DNA of 64,000 bases from Acidovorax sp. (GTDB lineage: Bacteria > Pseudomonadota > Gammaproteobacteria > Burkholderiales > Burkholderiaceae_C), in contig JADMJR010000069.1 in assembly GCA_018780365.1 (NCBI GenBank), positions 9,502 through 73,501 on the forward strand, read 5' to 3'. A program made the position numbers and the translations under genes. Under the pieces are notes generated by a model. The model searched no databases. It saw only the letters and a list, made by a program, of their open reading frames with translations, and was not told the origin of the DNA. This document shows positions 29,453-39,772 of this stretch, piece after piece. The stretch's first letter is position 1. Every line of letters begins with the position of its first letter.

Positions 29453-30602
29453 GCCCGTTCACCGCCGCACCGCCCTGCAGACCTGCGCAGAGGCCGCATT
29501 GCTGGCCTGCCTGCCAAACGCACAAGCCCAGCAGGCCGCAGCAGGCGCGGGCCGCGCCGCCTGGCCAGCATGGGATTCCTTCAAGGCCCAGTTCATCAAC
29601 GAAGGCGGCCGCGTGGTTTCCGATGACGATGGGGGGGGGCAAACCTATTCCGAAGGCCAGGCCTACGCGCTGTTCTTTGCGCTGGTGGCCAATGACCGGC
29701 CCATGTTCGACAAGCTGTTGCGCTGGACCGAAAACAACCTCTGCGACGGCGACATGACAGCGCGCCTGCCCGCATGGCTTTGGGGCCGCCGCCCCGACGG
29801 CACCTGGGGCGTGATCGACAGCAATGCGGCATCGGATGCGGACCTCTGGATCGCCTATGCCCTGGGCGAGGCCGGCCGTCTGTGGAACGAACGCAGCTAT
29901 CGTGCACTGGCAGCCCTGCTGGCCGCACGCGTACTGCGTGAGGAAACTGCCGACATCCCAGGCCTGGGCCCCACACTGCTGCCCGCCCCCAAGGGTTTCG
30001 TGCAACCCAATGGCCGCTGGCGCCTGAACCCAAGCTACATGCCCATGCACCTGATGCACTGGCTGGCCGCCAGTGACTTCGACCCGCAATGGAAAAAGCT
30101 GGCGGACAGTTCGCTCAAGGTCATTCGCGGCGCGTCACCCAAGGGCTTCACGCCCGACTGGACGGTGTACGACGCCAAGCAGGGCTTTCTGGTCGATACC
30201 GAGGGCAAGGAAAAGGGCCAGGGCACCTATAACGCCATCCGCGTCTACCTGTGGGCTGGCGTGATGCATACTGAAGCGCCCGGGCGCAAGGCGTTGCTCG
30301 ACACCCTCGCCCCCATGGCCCGCTATGTGCGTGAGCAGGGCTATCCGCCCGAATCCATCGACATCCTGACCGCGCAGGCCGCAGGCCCCGCACCCTCTGG
30401 ATTTTCGGCCGCCATGCTGCCCTTCCTTCGTGCGGCAGGGGATGACAAAGCCCTGCAGTCGCAGCGCATGCGCCTGGAAGCGCGCCCCCTGCGGCCCAAG
30501 GCTTACTACGAACAAGTGCTGGCACTGTTCGGCCTGGGCGCGTTCGACGGACAGTACCGCTTCACGGCTGCGGGCCAGCTCCTGGTGCGGTGGAAACCGT
30601 GA
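29445..30602 (+). CDS. bcsZ: GH8 endo-1,4-beta-glucanase
   Basis: TYSEGQAYALFFAL, LPAWLWG, DSNAASDADLWIAY, LNPSY, AIRVYLW. Confidence 0.93.
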   Translation: MTKPVHRRTALQTCAEAALLACLPNAQAQQAAAGAGRAAWPAWDSFKAQFINEGGRVVSDDDGGGQTYSEGQAYALFFALVANDRPMFDKLLRWTENNLCDGDMTARLPAWLWGRRPDGTWGVIDSNAASDADLWIAYALGEAGRLWNERSYRALAALLAARVLREETADIPGLGPTLLPAPKGFVQPNGRWRLNPSYMPMHLMHWLAASDFDPQWKKLADSSLKVIRGASPKGFTPDWTVYDAKQGFLVDTEGKEKGQGTYNAIRVYLWAGVMHTEAPGRKALLDTLAPMARYVREQGYPPESIDILTAQAAGPAPSGFSAAMLPFLRAAGDDKALQSQRMRLEARPLRPKAYYEQVLALFGLGAFDGQYRFTAAGQLLVRWKP

Positions 30603-33600
30603 CCCGAGCCCCCCGCCGATCTCGCCACTGGCTGCCCTCCCTCACCCTGCTGGCCGCTGCCTGCCTGCCTCCTGTCCAGGGCGTATGCGCCAGCACACCG
30701 TTGGCTGTCGAGTCAGAACTACTCAGCGGCGCCCGCATGTGGGCCTCGAAGAACCGGCCCGACATGGCCCGTCAGTTGGTCGACAAACTGCTGGCCATGG
30801 ACCCGTACTCACCGCAGGGGCTTGGCACGCTCGGCGATCTGGCGCTGCGCGAAAAGAAGACGGACGAAGCCAAGCGCGTTCTTGACACCCTGCGCGCACG
30901 CCATCCCGGCCACCCCGTGACCCAGGAGCTGGAGACCCTGGTTCGGGTGTATGGCAGCGACCGCGAAAAGCTCTCGCAGATGCGCCTCATGGCACGCGCC
31001 GGCCGCAAGGCCGAGGCGGCCGACCTCGCGCGCGAGCTGTTCCCGCAGGGCCCGCCCACTCTGGGGGGATTGGCACTTGAATACCACCAGATCGTGGGGT
31101 CCAGCTCCAAGCGCAGCGCAGACTCCCAGCGCCAGTTGGCCAAGCTGTACCAGGAAACCGGTGAATCCAGGTACCGCCTGGCACAACTCGAAATGCGCAT
31201 GTACGGGGGTGAAAACCCCGGCGCGGTAGTGCAGGAGATTGAGGCCCTCTCCAGACAACCCGACACCAACGCCCAGCAACTGCAAGACCTGTGGCGCCGC
31301 GCCATGGATCGACTGCCCAACACGCCCGCCCACCTGCCCCGCGTGCGCGCCTTCCTGCAACGCTACCCGGGCGACCAGGCCATGGTGGATCGCCTGGCCG
31401 CTATGCAACAGGCTGTGGAGCGTGCGGCCCGCGTTGCGCGCGACCCCGCCAACATTGCGCGCAATGCTGCGCGCACCGCACTGGATCAGGGACACACCGA
31501 CTTGGCCGAAGAGCAGCTGCAGGCGGTACTGGCCCTGCGGCCCGGTGATGGCGACAGCCTGGGCAACCTTGGGCTCATCCGCCTGCGCCAGGGCGAACAT
31601 GCCCAGGCCCAAGAGCTTTTCAGCCAGGCCTACGCGCTGACCCGTCAGGGCAAATGGAAAGAGTTGCAGGAGACGGCCAGATTCTGGGGCTTTCTGCGCC
31701 AGGCGGAAAAGGCCGTCGAGAAAAACGAACTCTCTACGGCAGCGAACCTGGCGGACCGGGCCCTGGCCCTGCAGCCCAACAGCGCCGAAGCGCTAACTAC
31801 GCTGGCGAGCATCCGAGACCTGCAAGGCGATCACGCCCTGGCTGAAGACCTGTATCAGAAGGCTCTGCACCATGAGCCCCACAGCAGCTCTGCCGTCAAG
31901 GGCCTGGCTGGGCTGTATGCCCGCACGGGCCGCTCGACCAAGGCCCTGGCCCTGCTGACTGAGGCCAGCGGACGCAACGCGGCCCTGGGCGAGAAACTCG
32001 CCAGCACACAAGCCGACATCCTGCTCACCCAGGCCGAAGAGCACATGGAGGCCCAGCGCCTCAGCGCCGCCCTGCGGGCCCTCGAATCCGCCGTAGTACT
32101 GGCCCCGGGCGATGCCTGGGTGCGCCACCGACTGGCTCGGTTGTACCTTCGGCTGAACCTGCCCAAGGAGGCGCTGAATGTCATGGACGAAGGCGTGGCG
32201 CGCGCCACAACCACCCCGCCGGGGGAGTCCAGCAGCTCCATGCGGTATGCGCGTGCATTGATCCGCTCCGCCGTGGATGACGACAAGGGGGCACTGGCCG
32301 ACCTGGCACAAGTTCCTCAGAGTGAACGCACCGACGCCATGCATGCGCTGACCCAGCGTTCCTCTATCAAATCACTGGTGGTGCAGGCCAACGCAAGCCG
32401 CAACCCTGCCGATGCGCAGGCCCTGCTCAACAAGGCCGAGCAAACTGCCGGGGACGATGCCGAGTTGCTCTACGCCGTGGCCAACGCCTGGTTTCTCCGG
32501 GCGCAGCCCGCCCAGGGTGTGGCGGTGTTCAACCGCCTGGCAGCGCGCAATCCCCGCCTGGCGCTGGAGGCCCAGCTCGACCATGCCCAACTGCTCAACC
32601 GCGCTCAAGACGATACCGGCCTGACGGAGCGCCTTCCAGGCCTGCTGCAATCACCCGGCTGGAACATCGAACAGGAGACGCGGCTCGTCGCCCTCTACGC
32701 ATCGCACCGCGAGCGGCTCATTGAACAACAACGCCAGGCCGGCAACGCTGGCGAGGCCGTGCGCATGGCACGCCAGCCGCTGCCCCTGCCGGCCACCCCT
32801 ACGACAACCCAGCGGCGGACCCAGGCGCAGGCCCGCCTGCTCATGGCTGCAGGTGAATATGCCGACGCCGCTCAGTTGCTCACGCCGCTGGCCAAGGCCC
32901 AGCCCGACAGCCAGGAAGTCCGCATGAATCTGGCAGACGCACTGTCACGCCTGGGCGACGCAGGTGGCTCCACCGAGCAGGCCCTGTGGTTGCAGGACCA
33001 CCTGCCGCCCGCAGACAGCACCCAGCAGCTCGCGCTGCTGCGCATCTGGCAGCGTGTGGGCCGCATGGACGAGGCGCGTGCGCTGTCCGCACGGCTGCTG
33101 CAGGACTTTCCGCAGGACAGCGACGTGCTGCTGCACGCCGCGCGCCTGGAGCGCGCCAACCGCAACTATGCCCAGGCCCTGGCGTTCTTCCGCAGCGCGC
33201 TCACCCTGGAGACACGCGGCGCCGCCGCCCCGGCGGCAGAGGCGGCCCCGGGCGAGCCCACCGAAGCCGAGGCACCGCTGAAGCTGCAGCAGAGCTACGC
33301 GCTCTCGCTGCCCGTGGACGCCGCCGTGGTGGCCAAGATCCAGGGCGAGATCGATGCCATCGAAGCGCGCCGCCAGGTGTGGATCGAGGCGGCCCACACG
33401 GGCCTGCGCAAGAACTCCACCGATGGCATCTCCAGCCTGCGCGGCTGGGAGCGGCCCGTGGTGGCCTGGATGCCGCGTGGCTACGACGGCCACTACTTCC
33501 TGCACGTGGACCGGGTCAAGCTCGACGCCGGCGAGCTGCCGGCCGACGGTTCGGACTTCACGGACTTCGGCCAGATCGCGGCGCTGCCTCCCAATTCGCC

Positions 33601-34510
33601 CCTGGCCTACCGGCGCCAGCGCGGCACGGGCACCAACCTGGGCTTCGGTTTCGTGGGCGATGACTTCCAATGGGACATCGGCACCACGGGCGTGGGCTTT
33701 CCGGTGACCAACCTGGTGGGGGGCCTCGCCAGGACCGGCGAGCTGGGCCGCTACCGCTACAAGCTCGAAGGGTTCCGCCGTCCGATCACGGGCAGCCTGC
33801 TGTCCTATGCCGGCGCGCGCGATCCCATCACCGGCCAGGTCTGGGGCGGTGTGGTGGCCACGGGCGCCTCCGGGCGGCTGTCGACCGACTTCGGCCCCTA
33901 CAGCAGCTCGGTGAGCCTGAACCTGGCGGCCCTGACGGGCAAGAGCGTGGAGACCAACACCCGTGCCCAGCTGCGCGTGGCCGTGGACCGCGATCTCTGG
34001 AAGGGCGACACCAGCGTGGTCAACCTGGGCGTGACCTTCTCGGCCTGGCACTACGGCAAGGACCTGTCGGAGTACAGCTTCGGCCATGGCGGCTACTACA
34101 GCCCGCGCAGCTATGCGTCCGTCGCGCTGCCCCTGGAGTGGAGTGGCCGCAAGGGTGCGCTCACCTGGCTGGCGCGGGGTGCCATCTCGGTCTCGCGCAG
34201 CAGCAGCGGCGACACCGACTACTTCCCGCAGAACGCGCTGCTGCAATCGCTGGCGCGCGCGCGCCTGGCCGAAAGCGGCAGCGTGCCGGTGTACACGGGC
34301 AGCTCGGGCTCGGGCTTCGGCCGTTCGTTCCGGGGCGCACTGGAGTACCAGCTCACCAGGAACCTCTCCCTGGGCGCCCAGCTGGAGCTGGACCGCTCGG
34401 CCTACTACGCACCCACCAACCTCATGGTCTACGGCCGCTACCACTTCGACCCGGTGCTCGTGCCCCTGGAGAACCGCCCGCGCCCGGTGCAGCCCTATTC
34501 GAGTTTCTGA
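30590..34510 (+). CDS. bcsC: TPR-containing outer-membrane cellulose export porin
   Basis: Signal peptide, TPR-like repeats; C-terminal RRPITGSLLSYAG.RDP.TG..WGGV, GHGGYYSP. Confidence 0.93.
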   Translation: METVTRAPRRSRHWLPSLTLLAAACLPPVQGVCASTPLAVESELLSGARMWASKNRPDMARQLVDKLLAMDPYSPQGLGTLGDLALREKKTDEAKRVLDTLRARHPGHPVTQELETLVRVYGSDREKLSQMRLMARAGRKAEAADLARELFPQGPPTLGGLALEYHQIVGSSSKRSADSQRQLAKLYQETGESRYRLAQLEMRMYGGENPGAVVQEIEALSRQPDTNAQQLQDLWRRAMDRLPNTPAHLPRVRAFLQRYPGDQAMVDRLAAMQQAVERAARVARDPANIARNAARTALDQGHTDLAEEQLQAVLALRPGDGDSLGNLGLIRLRQGEHAQAQELFSQAYALTRQGKWKELQETARFWGFLRQAEKAVEKNELSTAANLADRALALQPNSAEALTTLASIRDLQGDHALAEDLYQKALHHEPHSSSAVKGLAGLYARTGRSTKALALLTEASGRNAALGEKLASTQADILLTQAEEHMEAQRLSAALRALESAVVLAPGDAWVRHRLARLYLRLNLPKEALNVMDEGVARATTTPPGESSSSMRYARALIRSAVDDDKGALADLAQVPQSERTDAMHALTQRSSIKSLVVQANASRNPADAQALLNKAEQTAGDDAELLYAVANAWFLRAQPAQGVAVFNRLAARNPRLALEAQLDHAQLLNRAQDDTGLTERLPGLLQSPGWNIEQETRLVALYASHRERLIEQQRQAGNAGEAVRMARQPLPLPATPTTTQRRTQAQARLLMAAGEYADAAQLLTPLAKAQPDSQEVRMNLADALSRLGDAGGSTEQALWLQDHLPPADSTQQLALLRIWQRVGRMDEARALSARLLQDFPQDSDVLLHAARLERANRNYAQALAFFRSALTLETRGAAAPAAEAAPGEPTEAEAPLKLQQSYALSLPVDAAVVAKIQGEIDAIEARRQVWIEAAHTGLRKNSTDGISSLRGWERPVVAWMPRGYDGHYFLHVDRVKLDAGELPADGSDFTDFGQIAALPPNSPLAYRRQRGTGTNLGFGFVGDDFQWDIGTTGVGFPVTNLVGGLARTGELGRYRYKLEGFRRPITGSLLSYAGARDPITGQVWGGVVATGASGRLSTDFGPYSSSVSLNLAALTGKSVETNTRAQLRVAVDRDLWKGDTSVVNLGVTFSAWHYGKDLSEYSFGHGGYYSPRSYASVALPLEWSGRKGALTWLARGAISVSRSSSGDTDYFPQNALLQSLARARLAESGSVPVYTGSSGSGFGRSFRGALEYQLTRNLSLGAQLELDRSAYYAPTNLMVYGRYHFDPVLVPLENRPRPVQPYSSF

Positions 34511-34511
34511 C

Positions 34512-36296
34512 ATGTCCTCCGCTTCCTCTTCCCCGCGCAAGGGCGCGCCACCCGCAGGGCTGGTGCGCTCCGCGCTGCGCTGGCTGCGGCCTGCATCCCG
34601 CAAGGATGCGGCCGCCGGCGCCACGCCGACGCGCATCGGCATCGAAGGCCTGCCCGACGGCGTGGGCCTGGTGCCACCCCATGTGCCGGTGTCCCTGGTG
34701 GCGGCCGACGACAGCAGCGCTGCGCTCTGGTTTCCGGCCCTGGTCGAGGATGCCGTCGTGGCCGGCCCGGTGGCCCTGGTCGCCTCGAGCGCGGCGTGGG
34801 CCGACGGGCTGCTGCAGCGCCCCGCACTGCAGGCAGCCTACCGTGCCGGACGCCTGCAGATGTGGCTGCTCGCGCCCGGCCTGCAGGCCGAGGTGCAGCG
34901 CCATGGCCTTGCCCCCCTGGTCGAAGAACTCGAGCGCACCGGCCTGCAGCCCGGGCACGCGCTGTACGTCTGCGACGCCCAGGGCCTGCTCAGCGGCCTG
35001 AGCGTGGCCGAGCTTGCGCGGGTGAGCCGCCAGCTCAGTGCCCTGTGCCGCGAGCACCTGCGCCCGGTGGTGCTGGGCTTCTTCCCGCCGCTGGAGCCCG
35101 AGGTGCTGCTGCCCGCGCTGCGCAACCTGTGCCAGATGTCCATGCACATCGCCACCTTGCGCACCGAAGCCGACCGCTGGAGCCTGGGCCTGGAGCGCTG
35201 GAACACGGATGCCGGCGCCCTGTTCCAGACCGCCTTCGGCCTGCTGCACGATGGCGCAAGGGACCGCCTGGCCGCCGACGGCACGCGCACCCGGGGTGCC
35301 GTGCGCGAGCTGGTCGAGGCCGTGGACCAGTCGGAGGTGATCGCCACACGCGCCTCGGTCGATGGCCAGCGCGGCGTTCCAGGCCACTGGCGCATCGTGG
35401 ACAGCCTGGCCGACATGGAAGTAGCTGCCGCCGCGAGTGTGGCCGCCACGGTGCTGATCGACGCGGGCCAGGCATCGGACTTCGAGGCGCGTGCGCGCCT
35501 GGTGCACCACCTGCGCCTGTCGCGCCCGCTCACGCTCAAGATCGTGGTGCGCGAGAACGTGGGCAAGCTGCGTACACACAGCGAACAGGCCCTGCTGCAG
35601 CTGGGCGCCAGCGCCGTGGTCTACAAGGAAGTGGGCTTCTCCCGGTTGCTGCAGCTGCTACAGGACATCAACGCCCAGAGCCATACCCGCAATGTGCACC
35701 CCGACTACGAAGCGGCGCTGGACAGCTTCATGCCTGCGCGCGAGCGCGGCTACCAGCCACCCGCCCAGTTCTGCGCCCTGGTGCGTGGCATGCTGGACCG
35801 CACGCATGGCATCGGCCTGTCGCACAGCCTGGTGCGGCTGACCGTGCTGGCGCAGATCCCCCACCTTGATGCCCTGGGCGCCTGCCGCACCTCACGCGAT
35901 GGCGACCTGTTCACGGCCGACCACGGCAGCGTCTACGTTTTCCTGTTCGCCTGCCGCGAGCCCGACGTCGAACTCGCGCTCCACCGCCTGTTTACGCTGC
36001 CGCTGACCCAGCTGTTCGCCTCCCAGGCCACCGATTGCTCGGATACTGGCATCCGGGCCATGGCAGGCCATCTGCAGGAATCGCTTCGCAAAGGGCTGCC
36101 CGACTACAGCGCTTTTTTGGACAACCGCCCGCCACAGGTAGTCGCCCCCGCCAACGTGGCCGTAACCCTATCGCCCGACCTGCCAGCGCTGCCCGCCGAT
36201 GCCAGTGCCGTACACGTCGCTGCAGGCCCTAGTGTGCAGCACCGCCCCATAGCACGGCGTGCCGTGCCACACCCCTCCATGAGGTCCATGGCATGA
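34512..36296 (+). CDS. bcsE: c-di-GMP-binding protein BcsE
   Basis: KIVVRE...LR..SE..LL..GA; GIL-domain RDGD followed by VFLFACR. Confidence 0.88.
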   Translation: MSSASSSPRKGAPPAGLVRSALRWLRPASRKDAAAGATPTRIGIEGLPDGVGLVPPHVPVSLVAADDSSAALWFPALVEDAVVAGPVALVASSAAWADGLLQRPALQAAYRAGRLQMWLLAPGLQAEVQRHGLAPLVEELERTGLQPGHALYVCDAQGLLSGLSVAELARVSRQLSALCREHLRPVVLGFFPPLEPEVLLPALRNLCQMSMHIATLRTEADRWSLGLERWNTDAGALFQTAFGLLHDGARDRLAADGTRTRGAVRELVEAVDQSEVIATRASVDGQRGVPGHWRIVDSLADMEVAAAASVAATVLIDAGQASDFEARARLVHHLRLSRPLTLKIVVRENVGKLRTHSEQALLQLGASAVVYKEVGFSRLLQLLQDINAQSHTRNVHPDYEAALDSFMPARERGYQPPAQFCALVRGMLDRTHGIGLSHSLVRLTVLAQIPHLDALGACRTSRDGDLFTADHGSVYVFLFACREPDVELALHRLFTLPLTQLFASQATDCSDTGIRAMAGHLQESLRKGLPDYSAFLDNRPPQVVAPANVAVTLSPDLPALPADASAVHVAAGPSVQHRPIARRAVPHPSMRSMA

Positions 36297-36472
36297 CGCT
36301 GTTGATACTGCTGGTGTACATGCTCCTAGGCGCCTTGCTCACCTGGCCCTGCTGGCTGCTGCTGCGCCGCGCACTGCGCACCCGCCACCCGCTGCGCTGC
36401 GTGCAGCCCTACCGCCCCCACCTGCCGCAAGCGGATGCCACCGATGCGGCCACGCCGCCCTCCGCGCCATGA
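36293..36472 (+). CDS. bcsF: Small single-TM protein BcsF (59 aa, below the ORF-track cutoff)
   Basis: ATGA overlap with the bcsE stop; MTLLILLVYMLLGALLTWPCWLLLRRALRTRHPLRCVQPYRP..; TM plus basic tail, positioned after bcsE. Confidence 0.75.
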   Translation: MTLLILLVYMLLGALLTWPCWLLLRRALRTRHPLRCVQPYRPHLPQADATDAATPPSAP

Positions 36473-36497
36473 ACGAACGAATGAACAGAGGCTTTGC

Positions 36498-37286
36498 ATG
36501 CGCGTGATTGCCGTCGTATCGCCGCTGGGCGGGACGGGGCGAACCACCCTGACCGCCCACCTGGCCACCCTCTTTGCACACGAGGGCCAACGCAGCCTGG
36601 CCGTGGAACTGTGCGCCCAGAACCTGCTGGGCCGGCACCTGGGCATGCAGGAACCCAGCGCCGCAGGCTGGGCCGCGCTCGCGGCCGCAGGCCAGTGGTG
36701 GGCTGATGGCGGCTTTGACAACTCGGATGGCGTGGCGGTGCTGCCTTTTGGCAGGGCGCCGATGGACGCCCTCGACGCCCTGCACCAGCAGCTGCAGGCG
36801 CAGCCACGTTGGCTGCTGGACCAGATCGAACTGCTGGACATCCCAGCTGACTGTACCGTGCTGCTGGACACGCCCCTGTGGCCATCGCCGCTGGCGCAGG
36901 CGGCCCTGCGCTGCGCCGATGCTGTACTGGTGACGCTGGAAGCTTCAGCCCGCGCATGCGCCGCCCTCGGCAGCGTGCAGGCCCTGCTGCAGGCGGCCGC
37001 AGCAGCACCCAACGAGCAAGGTGTGCTGGTGACACGCTTCGACCCGCGCCGGATTTCGCACCGCGAAGCCTTGCAGACACTGCGCGAACAATGGGGCGAG
37101 CGACTGATCCCCTACACGCTGCACGAAGACGAGAACATCACGCGAGCGTTGGCACGCTCGATGTGCGTGGGCAGCTTCGCACCGCAGGCACAGTCCGCCC
37201 ATGACCTGCAGGGCGTGTGCAACTGGCTCGCGGGCCAGCGCGCAGCACCCCTGTCGATGCCGGTGGCTGGAGCCGCCCCCCCATGA
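36498..37286 (+). CDS. bcsQ: MinD/ParA-like ATPase BcsQ
   Basis: MRVIAVVSPLGGTGRTT, NLL..HLG, LLDTP, LHEDE, P..QSAHDL. Confidence 0.9.
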   Translation: MRVIAVVSPLGGTGRTTLTAHLATLFAHEGQRSLAVELCAQNLLGRHLGMQEPSAAGWAALAAAGQWWADGGFDNSDGVAVLPFGRAPMDALDALHQQLQAQPRWLLDQIELLDIPADCTVLLDTPLWPSPLAQAALRCADAVLVTLEASARACAALGSVQALLQAAAAAPNEQGVLVTRFDPRRISHREALQTLREQWGERLIPYTLHEDENITRALARSMCVGSFAPQAQSAHDLQGVCNWLAGQRAAPLSMPVAGAAPP

Positions 37287-39772
37287 ACAGCCGGACCGAC
37301 ACCGGCGTAGCCCCACCGGTCGACCACGCGGTATTGCATCACGCCACCCGGTGGCTGGCAGGCGCGCTGGAGGTGGCGCCTGGCGCTCCCTGGTGGATGT
37401 GGCTGTGGCGCTGCATCGTGCTGCCCACCACACCAGAACGTGCACTGTTGCCCTGGCTACTACGGCCTCTGCGCTGGCTTCTTGCCGGACTGGGCCTGCT
37501 GCTGCGCTGGGGCTGGACGGGCCTGGCACTGCTGCTGAACGCGGTGTTCTGGCCCATTCGCCTGTTCCTGCGTGCCATGGACAAGCTGGCCGCCCATGTC
37601 AATGTAGAAAAAGGTATGCGCCTGGCCGACCAGGTGCTGTCCCCCATCATGGAGATCCCCGGCTTGCGATGGGCCGTGCTCACCGTCGGCCTGTTGGCCG
37701 GGTTGGTCGTAGTGACCACCCCCTTCAACTGGCTGGGGCAGACTCTGTTCATGCTGCTGTGCTGGGGGTTGTCTCTGGTTCTGCGCCGCCTGCCGGGGCG
37801 CTACCCGTCGCTCGCACTGGCCGCCATCAGCCTGTTGGCCATGGGACGTTATGCCTGGTGGCGCCTCACCTCGTCCATCGAATTCGACTCGGTGATCGAA
37901 TCCTTCCTGGGCTATGGCCTGCTGGCGGCCGAGGCCTACACCTGGCTGGTCGTGGTGCTGGGCTTCATCCAGACGGCATGGCCACTACACCGTCGCCCGG
38001 CCGATTTGCAGGGTCAGCCAGCATCCTGGCCCACGGTGGATGTTTACATCCCCACCTACAACGAACCACTGAGCGTGGTGCGCACCACGGTGCTGGCATC
38101 GATGGCGTTGGACTGGCCCAAGGACAAGGTGAAGGTCTTCATCCTGGACGACGGCCGGCGCGAGGAGTTCCGCGAATTTGCCGAATCCATGGGCGTGGGC
38201 TACATCGTGCGGCCCGACAACAACCATGCCAAGGCGGGCAACCTGAACCACGCACTGGGCAAAACAGAGGGTGATTTGATCGCCATTTTCGACTGCGATC
38301 ACATTCCCACACGCTCCTTCCTGACCACAGCCGTGGGCTGGTTCCAGCGCGACCCAAAGTGCGCCATGCTGCAGACACCGCACCACTTCTTCTCGCCCGA
38401 CCCCTTCGAGCGCAACCTGGGCACCTTCCGCCGCGTGCCCAACGAGGGCGCGCTGTTCTATGGCCTGATCCAGGACGGCAACGATTTCTGGAACGCCACC
38501 TTCTTCTGCGGCTCCTGCGCGGTGATACGGCGCGGCCCGCTGCTGGAGGTGGGCGGCATCGCCGTGGAGACGGTGACCGAGGACGCACACACCGCCCTCA
38601 AGCTGCACCGGCGCGGCTACACCACGGCCTACATCAACGAGACCCAGGCCGCGGGCCTGGCGACCGAAAGCCTGTCAGCCCACGTGGGCCAGCGCATCCG
38701 CTGGGCACGCGGCATGGCGCAGATCTTCCGCGTGGACAATCCCTTCCTGGGCAAGGGGCTCACGCTGTGGCAGCGCATCTGCTACGCCAACGCCATGGTG
38801 CACTTCTTCTTCGGGCTACCACGGCTGGTCTTCCTCACTGCGCCCATGGCCTTCCTGTTTTTCGACTGGCACATCATCAACGCGGGCGCCATCATGATCG
38901 CGCTGTACGTGCTGCCCTACATCCTGCAGTCCAACATCGCCAACGCCCATGTGCAGGGCGAGCACCGGCACACCTTTTGGGCCGAGGTGTACGAGACCGT
39001 GCTGGCCTGGTATGTGGCTTTGCCCACCACCGTGGCGCTGATCAACCCGCGCCTGGGAAAATTCAACGTCACGGCCAAGGGCGGCCTGGTGGACGAGCCC
39101 TACTTCGATTGGGCCATCTCGCGCCCGTACACCATATTGGTGCTGCTGAACATCGCAGCATTCGGCTTCGGACTCATGCGCCTGTTCTTCTGGAACACGG
39201 ACGAAACGGCCACCGTGCTGCTGAACCTGGTGTGGACGGTCTACAGCATCCTGATGCTGGGCGCCGCGCTGGGCGTGGCCTCCGAGGCGCGCCAGGTGCG
39301 TCGCATGCACCGCGTGGCCACCCGGCTGCAGGCCACGCTGTACCAGGACGACGGCAGTGTGCTGCGGGCCGTGTGCACCGACTTCTCGATGACCGGTGTA
39401 GGCCTGGAGCTGCCCGAGGGCACCCGGCTGGCCGTGGGCGAGAAGGTACAGGTGGGCCTGTGGCGCGGCAACACCGAGTGCACCTTCCCCGCCACCATCA
39501 TGCTGCACCGGGGCCAGGGCGCCACAGGTCTGCAGTTCGACCCCATGACCCGCGAACAACAGATCGACCTGGTGCAGTGCACCTTCGCCCGCCCCGACAC
39601 GTGGCGGCAGTGGAACGATAGCCATGACATCGACCGCCCCCTGCACGGCCTGCAGGAGATCGCGCAACTGGGCGTGCTGGGTTACCGCAAGTTCTGGGAA
39701 TCGCTGGTCGACGCTGCCAGAGCCCGCTGGCCCCTGGGCGGCCAGCGCGCACAGCATAGGTTGCGCGCATGA
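37283..39772 (+). CDS. bcsA: Cellulose synthase catalytic subunit
   Basis: IPTYNE, LDDG, HAKAGNLN, FDCDH, QTPH, FFCGS, TED, QRIRW; PilZ RRMHR and DFSMTG. Confidence 0.98.
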   Translation: MNSRTDTGVAPPVDHAVLHHATRWLAGALEVAPGAPWWMWLWRCIVLPTTPERALLPWLLRPLRWLLAGLGLLLRWGWTGLALLLNAVFWPIRLFLRAMDKLAAHVNVEKGMRLADQVLSPIMEIPGLRWAVLTVGLLAGLVVVTTPFNWLGQTLFMLLCWGLSLVLRRLPGRYPSLALAAISLLAMGRYAWWRLTSSIEFDSVIESFLGYGLLAAEAYTWLVVVLGFIQTAWPLHRRPADLQGQPASWPTVDVYIPTYNEPLSVVRTTVLASMALDWPKDKVKVFILDDGRREEFREFAESMGVGYIVRPDNNHAKAGNLNHALGKTEGDLIAIFDCDHIPTRSFLTTAVGWFQRDPKCAMLQTPHHFFSPDPFERNLGTFRRVPNEGALFYGLIQDGNDFWNATFFCGSCAVIRRGPLLEVGGIAVETVTEDAHTALKLHRRGYTTAYINETQAAGLATESLSAHVGQRIRWARGMAQIFRVDNPFLGKGLTLWQRICYANAMVHFFFGLPRLVFLTAPMAFLFFDWHIINAGAIMIALYVLPYILQSNIANAHVQGEHRHTFWAEVYETVLAWYVALPTTVALINPRLGKFNVTAKGGLVDEPYFDWAISRPYTILVLLNIAAFGFGLMRLFFWNTDETATVLLNLVWTVYSILMLGAALGVASEARQVRRMHRVATRLQATLYQDDGSVLRAVCTDFSMTGVGLELPEGTRLAVGEKVQVGLWRGNTECTFPATIMLHRGQGATGLQFDPMTREQQIDLVQCTFARPDTWRQWNDSHDIDRPLHGLQEIAQLGVLGYRKFWESLVDAARARWPLGGQRAQHRLRA

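Noticed and set aside
29631-29639. G9 tract in bcsZ as a phase-variation site
   Set aside because: In-frame Gly-Gly-Gly; slippage is possible but a single sequence gives no evidence.
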